A stretch of 64,000 nt of DNA from Spirosoma sp. (GTDB lineage: Bacteria > Bacteroidota > Bacteroidia > Cytophagales > Spirosomataceae). Position 1 is the first letter of the stretch. Every line of letters starts with the position of its first letter. Positions 1 through 8,361 of this stretch are shown in pieces. The notes beneath the pieces are model-generated. The model saw nothing but the letters and a program-made list of their open reading frames with translations. It did not search any database and was not told the DNA's origin. The translations under genes and the position numbers were made by a program. Location: contig JANPJE010000145.1 in the NCBI GenBank assembly GCA_031425355.1, forward strand, positions 5,671-69,670, read 5' to 3'.

Positions 1-437
1 TCCGTGCCATAGACCCGGCTCGATGAAGGGCTGGCATTGCAGTGAAGCGAGATAAACAGATCAGCTTTGTTCCGATTGGCAATGGCCGACCGTTCGGACA
101 ATTCGACAAAATGATCGGTTGAGCGGGTATAGATAACGCGCATATTTGGCATCTCCTGCTTGATTTTACGCCCTAATTGCAACACGAGCTTGAGAACAAT
201 CCGCGATTCACGTACTTTTCGGCCAATGCAACCGGGGTCTTTGCCGCCATGACCTGCATCGAGCACAACCGTACGGAGTCGATTCGGCGCGTCATTATTG
301 GCCGATGTTGCTGTCTCAGATGCTCCTGTTTCCTGCGACCCTGCCCGCCGAATGGTATCCTGCGTCAATTCGGGCAACAGAATGTCCGGCGTTGTCAGGG
401 CGAGCAATGGTAACGCAATTAAAACCAGCGTTGTCAC
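1..437 (-). CDS. N-acetylmuramoyl-L-alanine amidase (Amidase_3), N-terminal part; runs off the window start
   Basis: Not in the ORF track. Manual minus-strand translation gives VVLDAGHGGKDPG, FVELSERSAIANRNKADLFISLHCNA. Probable GTG start at 437 (MTTLVLIALPLLAL, signal-like); the frame stays open to 548. Confidence 0.9.
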   Translation of the reverse strand, partial: MTTLVLIALPLLALTTPDILLPELTQDTIRRAGSQETGASETATSANNDAPNRLRTVVLDAGHGGKDPGCIGRKVRESRIVLKLVLQLGRKIKQEMPNMRVIYTRSTDHFVELSERSAIANRNKADLFISLHCNASPSSSRVYGT

Positions 438-615
438 TATTCCGGGAGCCGTAGCTGGAATCTGAATACCGGTTGATTTAATAATTTTTAACGACCAAAA
501 ACGTTTCAATGCGGTAGTGGAATAACTGTTCGTGAATACCTTTGTAAGTCATAGACTTAACGGTGTTTTGGCAAATATAATTTTTTTAATAAACTGGATA
601 ACACCATACTTTATT

Positions 616-3600
616 TTGCGGCCCTCCCGAATACACGCTACGTGGATCAAAACAGTGAGTTGCCTTATCGGGCTTCTCTGGTCGTTGAACACGTTGGGGC
701 AGGGCACTCCAACCCCTCAGCAGCCTGCTAAGGGCGGTTTACCCCCGGCTACCGTTCCAGCCCAGCGGGTGCCCGGAGCAACCTCTACTTCCCCATCTGA
801 CAGTACATCACCAACCAATAAAAAAAAACCTGCTTCCCGTACTATAAAAGGCCCATCGTCGGGTACAATTACACTGCCCAACTCGCAAACTGGGGTTACT
901 GAAACCGCACCTGAGAGTGATTTAGAGCGTGAACTCAATCCCAGGTATTCAGCACCCAACCGGCTTGGCCCCACACCAGCCCGACGTAAGGACGTAGTGC
1001 CGCCTGCTGTTGCCCGCCCGACAGAGCGGGATTCCATTCGTTCACAACCCAAGGAAGGTGTAGCAATAACGGTTGATTCGATCCAAGATAGCCCGGTTAA
1101 CCTAAATCCGCTGCTACGTTTGCAACCTAAATCTGTGCAGATAAATCAACGGTTAGCGGTGCGTTTACCTGTTCGTTTGGTTCAGCCAAAACAGGCCTGG
1201 TTTGTTCCGGTCAATAATTCAGCACCCACAATTCCCCAAAAAACAGATCCAATTGCCCAGTTGCTGCCTAAACGGGTTCAAGTCGATAGTATCCAGTCAA
1301 AGCCCGCTTTACCAACCCCAACCCGGCTATCCGTTCCACCGGTTGTTTCCAAACCATTACCAGCCAAAGCGGGCAACAATGTAGACTCTCTACGCATAGC
1401 GGCCGACAAAGTAACGCCAAAAGTCCCAATTGTAACTAAAACAGAGTCAACATCTGCTACGTCGGCAACAGTGTCGGCTCCCCGTTCGCAAACGAGTTTG
1501 ACTCAACAAACCAAACCCGTTCAACCGGCGCTTGCCAACCAAACGAAGCCAATTCAATCCCGGCCCGGTGTGGATGCACCGGGCACGTCCATGCCGGGCG
1601 CATCCACGCCGGGACTTGTTTCGCCGAACGTCGTTCGTCCGGAGGGGCGAAGAGCGATCCGTACGGATTCGTCGCGTGTAGCGCTCAACGATTCGGTTCA
1701 AACGGCTGATTCATTCAAAACAACAGTCAAATACCAGTCCAGAGATTCAACATTTTACTCGGCCGACGGGCGAACGGTGGAGTTATTCGGTGATGCGAGT
1801 GTTATTTACGGCGACATCTCGCTCAAAGCGGAATACATCCGTTTGAATTACCTCACAAATGAGGTTTACGCCAAAGGACGATACGATTCGACGGCGAAGA
1901 AGCTGATTGGGCAACCCATATTTCAGGATGGTGAAGGGAAGTATGATGCCAAAGAGATTCGCTATAATTTCAAATCCCGCAAAGGGCGAATTCAGGGTGT
2001 GATTACCCAGCAGGGTGAAGGCAATGTTCGCGGGCAGACCGTAAAGAAAGACGATCAGGATAACCTTTACATTGGCCGGGCGATTTATACGACCTGTAAT
2101 CTGGCGACACCGCACTTTCACATCAATGCCAGCAAACTGAAAATTGTTCATAACAAACAAGTTGTAGCCGGGCCGTTCAACCTTGTTATCAACCAGATTC
2201 CGCTGCCTATTGGCTTACCATTTGGTTTCTTCCCGTTCCCGAAACGGAAGGAGATTGGCGTGTCGGGCATTATTGTGCCGCAGTACGGTGAAGAACCCAA
2301 CGGGCGGGGATTTTATCTCCGCGACGGTGGATATTACTGGGCCGTGAATGAGAATCTGGGCCTCCAGTTCAAAGGGCAAATTTACTCAAGGGGAAGTTGG
2401 GGGCTGGGTCTCTCGTCGGCCTATAATAAACGGTATCGCTATAGCGGAAGCGTGAACCTGCAATTCAACCGCAACCGTTCCGGCGACCGCGTTGACACAA
2501 CACAGACACCCCGTAACGACTTTTCCTTCAGTTGGGCGCACTCGCCGATACCGCGCGGGCGGGGCAGTTTCTCGGCTAATGTGAACGTTAGCAGCAATAG
2601 CTACAACCAATTTAACTCCTACAATACACAGTCGTATATTTCCAACGTAGCGGGATCGTCGGTGCAGTACAGCCGCACGTTTGGGCAGTATGTTCGGGCG
2701 GGGGCCAATATCCGGGTGAACCAGCAGTTTGGGCAGGTAAACCAGCTAACGGGCGTTCGGGCAAACGGCAAGACCGACGTATCGACGGATTTCAACCTCG
2801 GCATCAATCAGATTTCGCCATTCGCGCTCAAAGGAGGCACGGGCCGGTGGTACGAGAGTTTTCGGGTGGGGTTAGATATCAGCGGGTCCTTTTCGGCCAG
2901 CAATACCATTCGCAGGCAACTCGATACAACCGGGCTGGGTTTTCCGGTTATTACAAATCTGGCCGTTATCAGTTCGATCGACCGGATTCTTGACAGCACC
3001 CGGCGAGCCAATAATGTTCGCTTCGGTATCGTTGAATCCGACCCAAACCTGATTGCGTTCAGTCTGGAAAATCTGCCGCAAATTCTTAGAAACCGCGTGG
3101 TGCAGGCCCGTTACAGCATTCCAATTTCGCTGCCAAACCTCAAGCTACTGCGATACATCAACCTCACACCGGGCTTTTCACTCCAGGGAAATATTTACAG
3201 TAAAAAACTACAGCCCGACGTAGCGTATAATGCCGCACACGATTCGGTGAAAATTGATACGATTCCCGGCTTTTTTCCGTCATACAATTTTTCAATCAAT
3301 GCCAGCCTGAACACGCGTTTCTACGGTACGTATTTCATCCGGGGCAAGCGTATCGAGGCCATTCGTCATACGGTAGCCCCGTCGATTTCCTTTAGCTACG
3401 TTCCCGATTTCACAAACCCATCATTTGGGCAGTTTTTCATATTGGATGCGAAGGGGTCGCTGGCGAATTTGCCGCTGTATCGCCGAACCATATCCGCTTT
3501 CCGGGGCATAGACGGCAACAACAGCAGTGGCGCGTCGAGTACACAATCAGCGTTCATCTCGTTTGGGATCGTCAACCAGTTGGAGATGAAAGTGCGTACC

Positions 3601-4440
3601 CGCAGCGATTCGGCGGGGCAGGATTTCAAGAAAATTCCCATTTTCGACAACCTGAGTCTCAACGGGAGTTATAACCTGCTGGCTCCTGACTATAAATTAT
3701 CGCCGATTTCGGTAAGCGCTAATACGCAGATTTTCAAGAATATAAGCTTTAACTTCTCGTCTACCTTCGATCCGTACGCTTTCCGGCCTTATGGCGGTAC
3801 AGCACAGTATAATTTCCCAACAAGCAACGCCCCCCTGACTCCGCTCTCCTATTCGCCCTCGATTCTGGCGTTGAATGCGGAGCAGAATTACATTAATCAG
3901 GAATATATTCGGGTGCCCAATCTATATGCTTTTCAGGCCGGACAGGGATTACTTCGCCTGACGAATATGCAGGCTTACGTTAGCGCACGGTTCGCACCGA
4001 AACAGGCGGAGAAACCCAAAACCAGCCCGACGGCATCGGATGCTACGTTGAAAGCGATCAACAACAATCCAGAACTGTATGTCGATTTCAACATTCCCTG
4101 GTCCATGAACGTCAGTTACACCTTTGGCTTGACAAAACTAACGCCGGAACTCTCACAGGTCATTCAGGCCCTGACCCTCACGGGCGATTTAAGCCTGACA
4201 CCCAAGTGGAAAGTGACAATTACTACGGGCTATGATTTTCAGTTCAAAAGTCCAACGCTGACCACCATTGGCATTAATCGCGACCTGCATTGCTGGGAAA
4301 TGGCTTTCAACTGGACACCTTATTCAGGCAATAATTTCCGGTCTGGCAACTACTCGTTCGACCTGCGGGCGCGCTCGTCCATCCTTCAGGAGTTAAAACT
4401 TAGTCGGCGACGGAGCTTCTATGACCGGGGTGGTTTTTAG
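616..4440 (+). CDS. lptD: Putative LPS-assembly protein LptD (Bacteroidota type) with a long Pro/Thr/Gln-rich N-terminal extension
   Basis: OstA-like region (VELFGDASVIYGDISLKAEYI), YTTCN..PHFHI, GIIVPQYGEE..RGFYLRDGGYY, C-terminal RDLHCWEMAFNW. The ORF opens at 532; TTG at 616 precedes a signal-like segment (start uncertain). Confidence 0.85.
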   Translation: MRPSRIHATWIKTVSCLIGLLWSLNTLGQGTPTPQQPAKGGLPPATVPAQRVPGATSTSPSDSTSPTNKKKPASRTIKGPSSGTITLPNSQTGVTETAPESDLERELNPRYSAPNRLGPTPARRKDVVPPAVARPTERDSIRSQPKEGVAITVDSIQDSPVNLNPLLRLQPKSVQINQRLAVRLPVRLVQPKQAWFVPVNNSAPTIPQKTDPIAQLLPKRVQVDSIQSKPALPTPTRLSVPPVVSKPLPAKAGNNVDSLRIAADKVTPKVPIVTKTESTSATSATVSAPRSQTSLTQQTKPVQPALANQTKPIQSRPGVDAPGTSMPGASTPGLVSPNVVRPEGRRAIRTDSSRVALNDSVQTADSFKTTVKYQSRDSTFYSADGRTVELFGDASVIYGDISLKAEYIRLNYLTNEVYAKGRYDSTAKKLIGQPIFQDGEGKYDAKEIRYNFKSRKGRIQGVITQQGEGNVRGQTVKKDDQDNLYIGRAIYTTCNLATPHFHINASKLKIVHNKQVVAGPFNLVINQIPLPIGLPFGFFPFPKRKEIGVSGIIVPQYGEEPNGRGFYLRDGGYYWAVNENLGLQFKGQIYSRGSWGLGLSSAYNKRYRYSGSVNLQFNRNRSGDRVDTTQTPRNDFSFSWAHSPIPRGRGSFSANVNVSSNSYNQFNSYNTQSYISNVAGSSVQYSRTFGQYVRAGANIRVNQQFGQVNQLTGVRANGKTDVSTDFNLGINQISPFALKGGTGRWYESFRVGLDISGSFSASNTIRRQLDTTGLGFPVITNLAVISSIDRILDSTRRANNVRFGIVESDPNLIAFSLENLPQILRNRVVQARYSIPISLPNLKLLRYINLTPGFSLQGNIYSKKLQPDVAYNAAHDSVKIDTIPGFFPSYNFSINASLNTRFYGTYFIRGKRIEAIRHTVAPSISFSYVPDFTNPSFGQFFILDAKGSLANLPLYRRTISAFRGIDGNNSSGASSTQSAFISFGIVNQLEMKVRTRSDSAGQDFKKIPIFDNLSLNGSYNLLAPDYKLSPISVSANTQIFKNISFNFSSTFDPYAFRPYGGTAQYNFPTSNAPLTPLSYSPSILALNAEQNYINQEYIRVPNLYAFQAGQGLLRLTNMQAYVSARFAPKQAEKPKTSPTASDATLKAINNNPELYVDFNIPWSMNVSYTFGLTKLTPELSQVIQALTLTGDLSLTPKWKVTITTGYDFQFKSPTLTTIGINRDLHCWEMAFNWTPYSGNNFRSGNYSFDLRARSSILQELKLSRRRSFYDRGGF

Positions 4441-4451
4441 GTCGGCTGAGA

Positions 4452-4497
4452 TAAAGATGTCATCTTTACGAATAGCGTACTACAAAAGATGGCATCT
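4452..4497. repeat. Palindrome doublet (taaagatgtcatcttta ... aaagatggcatct); terminator or operator candidate
   Basis: Two near-identical self-palindromic 13-mers directly after the lptD stop; they can also pair with each other. Confidence 0.45.
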
Positions 4498-4549
4498 CTA
4501 TTGCCACTCAAAAACACTAACTTGCTGATTAAACTCACTGTAAACGACT

Positions 4550-4798
4550 ATGACTGAACGCGATAAACAACGCCTTGATGAACTGGAAGTTAAAACGGCT
4601 TATTTATTGGCCCGGCAGGATCAGCAGGCCACCCAAATGAGTCAGATTGTAGCGAGGCTGGTTTACATGGAGTCCTGCCAGCACCGGATCATGAAAGAGT
4701 TAGGCATTGAACCCGAAAAAATTGACTCGCTCCGAGCCGCACGGGACGACGCGAAGGCCATTAACTTAACGGCCATTCCCGAACTGCGGTTGAACTAA
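4550..4798 (+). CDS. Small coiled-coil hypothetical protein
   Basis: 82-aa ATG ORF filling the gap between lptD and gldG, AT-rich leader, heptad pattern (RLDELEVKTAYLLARQDQQ). Confidence 0.65.
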   Translation: MTERDKQRLDELEVKTAYLLARQDQQATQMSQIVARLVYMESCQHRIMKELGIEPEKIDSLRAARDDAKAINLTAIPELRLN

Positions 4799-4843
4799 AT
4801 TTTTGTTTCTTCCGGACTTGAATCCGGTGGAGGATAATACTGT

Positions 4844-6511
4844 ATGAAACCCGCTTCCCTGCGAACCCTTCTTGTTATTGCTGCTTTGCTTGTCGTCAAT
4901 GTGTTGTCGGCATTTGTGTTTTTTCGGCTCGATTTGACCCAGGAAAAACGCTATACCCTTTCCGAAGCTACACAAAATCTGCTGGCTAATCTGCCCGACG
5001 ACATTCATATTGATGTGTACCTGACCGGCGACCTACCTCCCGGTTTCAAGCGGCTCGAAAATGCTGTTCGTGAGACACTGGACGAGTTTGGAGCGGGAGC
5101 GAATAAAACCGTTACGTATCGCTTTATCAATCCTGATGCGGTTACCAATGTTGATGAGAAAAATAAGCTCATCGACAAACTACAGCAGCGGGGCCTTTTA
5201 CCGACTAATTTATTTGATAATGAAGGCGGAAAGCGCACCGAGAAACTGGTTTTTCCGGGTGCTGTTGTTTCCTACAAAGGGCAGGAAACCGTCGTTCAGC
5301 TATTGAAAGGCAACAAAGCCGCATCGCCCGAAGAACAACTGAATCAATCGTATGAAGGTGTCGAGTTTCAGTTCGCTTCGGCTATTCGGAAGCTGACGCA
5401 GACGAAAGAGAACCGCCGACGGGTTGGGTTGCTTTACGGTCATACGCAGGTGCCGCCGTCGCGCTTCGCCGATTTGCTGGCTTCCGTGCAGCAGAATTAT
5501 GAACTGTATTTTATTGATATGGCAAAACCAGGCCCCATTGCCGGTTTAGATGCTATTCTGGTACCAAAACCCGATAAACCATTTACAGAAGAGGAAATTT
5601 TCAAGCTCGACCAGTTTGTAGTGAACGGTGGACGGGCACTATTTTTTGTGGATGGGCAGCGCGTAGACAGCGTCAGCAATGAAGGCACCTATGCTCAGCC
5701 CATCAGCCTCAACCTCGACGATTTATTTTTTCGCTGGGGCATCCGACTCAACCGCGATGTAGTGAAGGATTACTTATGTGCACCTATTCCGCTCAACGTG
5801 GGCAACCTCGGCGACAAACCAAATATTCAATTGCTGCCGTGGCGATTTTATCCATTGCTCAACAACTTCGGTTCAAGTGGAAATCCCATTGTGCGCAACC
5901 TCGATATGGTGCTGGGACGATTTATCAGTACGCTCGATACGGTGCGCTCTCCGGGTATTCAAAAGACGCCATTATTGCTGACCTCGCCTTATACGAAAGT
6001 GCTGAAGGCTCCCGCCCTGATTTCCTACAACGAAGCCCGGCAGCAACCCAATCCCAAAACATACAACGACGGAATTAAGATCATCGGGTGTTTGCTCGAA
6101 GGCCGCTTCCAGTCGCTGTTTGCCAACCGGATTTTACCAGGCGACCCCCGCGCAAGCGGCTTCCGGGCCGAAGGCGTCCCGTCGCGGGTGTTCATCTGTT
6201 CCGATGGTGATCTGATTGTGAACGATGTGGATTACAAGCGCAATACGCCCTATCCGCTGGGCTTCGACCGATTCACGCGCAACACCTTCGCTAATAAAGA
6301 CTTCGCGCTGAACGCCATTGATTATTTAGTCGACCCAAACGGTGTGATTGCGGCCCGTGCCCGGACCATTACGTTACGTCCGTTAGACAAAATTCGGGTC
6401 GATGCCAACCGCACCGGCTGGCAGTTGCTCAACGTCCTCGGTCCGCTGGCATTAGTGGGCATCGTGGGATTTATCTGGCAGGCAATGCGGAGACGACGGT
6501 ATGGACGGTGA
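4844..6511 (+). CDS. gldG: Gliding motility-associated ABC transporter auxiliary protein GldG
   Basis: RLDLTQEKRYTLSEAT, IDVYLTGDLPPGFKRL, KLDQFVVNGGRALFFVD, SDGDLIVN, FANKDFALNAIDYL; N- and C-terminal TM helices. Confidence 0.92.
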   Translation: MKPASLRTLLVIAALLVVNVLSAFVFFRLDLTQEKRYTLSEATQNLLANLPDDIHIDVYLTGDLPPGFKRLENAVRETLDEFGAGANKTVTYRFINPDAVTNVDEKNKLIDKLQQRGLLPTNLFDNEGGKRTEKLVFPGAVVSYKGQETVVQLLKGNKAASPEEQLNQSYEGVEFQFASAIRKLTQTKENRRRVGLLYGHTQVPPSRFADLLASVQQNYELYFIDMAKPGPIAGLDAILVPKPDKPFTEEEIFKLDQFVVNGGRALFFVDGQRVDSVSNEGTYAQPISLNLDDLFFRWGIRLNRDVVKDYLCAPIPLNVGNLGDKPNIQLLPWRFYPLLNNFGSSGNPIVRNLDMVLGRFISTLDTVRSPGIQKTPLLLTSPYTKVLKAPALISYNEARQQPNPKTYNDGIKIIGCLLEGRFQSLFANRILPGDPRASGFRAEGVPSRVFICSDGDLIVNDVDYKRNTPYPLGFDRFTRNTFANKDFALNAIDYLVDPNGVIAARARTITLRPLDKIRVDANRTGWQLLNVLGPLALVGIVGFIWQAMRRRRYGR

Positions 6512-6551
6512 ACGAAGATTTATTGAACACAGAGATGCCGCAACGGCGGAT

Positions 6552-6596
6552 CGTAGCGTACACAAAGCTTTATTCTAATTCTTTGTGTACGCTACG
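6552..6596. terminator. 16-bp perfect inverted repeat between convergent gldG and nuoM
   Basis: cgtagcgtacacaaag (6552-6567) / ctttgtgtacgctacg (6581-6596). Confidence 0.6.
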
Positions 6597-6617
6597 GTCA
6601 ATCACTTTAGATAAATC

Positions 6618-8297
6618 CTACTCTACCGCGAACCTCACCAACCACTTCGCTACGGTTGTGCTTGTCAAGTTAAAAACAAGGTTCGGAAATAAGCCCAGCA
6701 TCAGCGCAATCAACCCAAGCGGAATCAGCAGGAGTTTTTCGCGGGCGGTCAGGTCGGTTAGGGTAGTCAGTACGTCCCGAGTGGACTCGAAAGGGCGAAT
6801 CCAGGTTGATCCAAAAAACATGCGTTGGAGTGTCCAAAGGAAATACGCAGCCGCCAGCAGAATGCCTGTTGTGGCAACCGCCGTGAGCCAGCCCGGCAGC
6901 CATTCGGATTGAAAACTGCCCATGAGCGTAAATAACTCGCCCACAAATCCTGAAAATCCCGGCAACCCCAGTGAGGCAAAAAACGCAATGGCGGTGAGTG
7001 TGGTGTACTGCGGCATGGGTTGCATAAGGCCTCTGTATGAGTCGATACGCCGGTCGTGGGTTTGGTCATACAGAACGCCAGCAATCAGGAACAGCATTGC
7101 CGATAAAACGCCATGACTGACCATCTGGTAAACAGCTCCATTAATGCCTTCGGCCGTTAATGAAGCCACACCCAGCAACACGAAACCCATGTGCGAGACC
7201 GACGAGTAGGCAATCATCTTTTTAATATCTGTTTGTGCCAGTGCGATTAATCCACCGTATACGATGGACAAAACGCCCAGCCCGGCCAGTATCTGAGCAT
7301 ACTCAGCCGCTCCATCCGGAAAGAAATTCCAGACAATTCGTATGAAGCCGTAGCCGCCAATTTTGAGCAATACGCCCGCCAGCACCACCGATACGGGCGT
7401 CGGAGCTTCAACATGAGCATCGGGCAACCACGTATGTAAGGGTACAATGGGGAGTTTGATAGCGAAGCCGATAAATAGGACCCAGAATGCCAGCATCCGG
7501 GCGGGTAGTCCTAACACGAATGGCTCGGCGGCTGGATTCAGGAAGGCGTCGGGTAAATAGTTGCCGCCATCGGCAAGGTAGCGCATATCGAACGTGTGAA
7601 CAACCTGCGCCGGATTTAACTGCCCGCTCTGCAGATACGATTGAATACCCCGAATCATTTCATCGGTCACAGCTAATGGATCATTTACCAAACCAGCCGC
7701 CACCGCCGTGCTGACAGGGTCCATGACCGACAGATACAAGCCAATCATAACCAGCAGAATCAGCAGTGAACCCAGCAGCGTGTACAGAAAAAACTTAATA
7801 GACGCATACTCCCGCCGTGGGCCGCCCCATAAGCCAATCAGGAAGTACATTGGGAGGAGCATGAACTCAAAAAAGAGGAAAAACAGGAAAAAATCGAGTG
7901 CCACGAAGCAGCCCATAATGGTGCCGGTAAGCAGCAGATACAGCGCGTAATAGGCTCTAAGCCGATGGGTCATTTGCCACGATGAGATGACGCCCACCAG
8001 CATCACCACCGCCGACAGCACGACCAGCGGCATACTGACACCGTCGACACCGACCAAATAATCAATGGATGCAATGCCCAGATTGCCAAGAGGTAAAGTA
8101 ATCCAATTGGCCTGTTCGAGAAGTTGATACCCGGCTATCGTTGTGTCAAATTCGGAATACGCTACGCCTGCCAGTGCCACTTCGGCCAGCGTTACGGTCA
8201 GGGCAATCCATCGAAATAGACCTGTTTGACTCTCTGGAAGCAGCGTTACCAGTAATGAACCAAAAAGGGGCAAAAAAATGAGTAACGATAGAATCAT
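6618..8297 (-). CDS. nuoM: NADH-quinone oxidoreductase subunit M
   Basis: GVDGVSMPLV, FFEFMLLPMYFLIGLWGG, KFFLYT, PLHTWLPDAHVEAPT, AYSSVSHMG, GLPGFSGFVGE. ATG at 8297 (MILSLL) is preferred over 8396. Confidence 0.95.
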   Translation of the reverse strand: MILSLLIFLPLFGSLLVTLLPESQTGLFRWIALTVTLAEVALAGVAYSEFDTTIAGYQLLEQANWITLPLGNLGIASIDYLVGVDGVSMPLVVLSAVVMLVGVISSWQMTHRLRAYYALYLLLTGTIMGCFVALDFFLFFLFFEFMLLPMYFLIGLWGGPRREYASIKFFLYTLLGSLLILLVMIGLYLSVMDPVSTAVAAGLVNDPLAVTDEMIRGIQSYLQSGQLNPAQVVHTFDMRYLADGGNYLPDAFLNPAAEPFVLGLPARMLAFWVLFIGFAIKLPIVPLHTWLPDAHVEAPTPVSVVLAGVLLKIGGYGFIRIVWNFFPDGAAEYAQILAGLGVLSIVYGGLIALAQTDIKKMIAYSSVSHMGFVLLGVASLTAEGINGAVYQMVSHGVLSAMLFLIAGVLYDQTHDRRIDSYRGLMQPMPQYTTLTAIAFFASLGLPGFSGFVGELFTLMGSFQSEWLPGWLTAVATTGILLAAAYFLWTLQRMFFGSTWIRPFESTRDVLTTLTDLTAREKLLLIPLGLIALMLGLFPNLVFNLTSTTVAKWLVRFAVE

Positions 8298-8302
8298 AAT
8301 TC

Positions 8303-8359
8303 TCTCCGGCAGCATCCCGCTGTCGCAACGATAGACCGACAGCATCCTGCTGCCGGAGA
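8303..8359. repeat. REP-like doublet between nuoL and nuoM
   Basis: Two palindromic units, cggcagcatcccgctgtcg and cgacagcatcctgctgccg, with outer IR tctccggcagc / gctgccggaga. Confidence 0.6.
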
Positions 8360-8361
8360 CA

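Noticed and set aside
177-413. 78-aa plus-strand ORF
   Set aside because: Antisense to the amidase, which has clear motifs on the minus strand.
6508-6912. 134-aa plus-strand ORF after gldG
   Set aside because: Crosses a terminator-like hairpin and lies antisense to nuoM; no recognisable motif.
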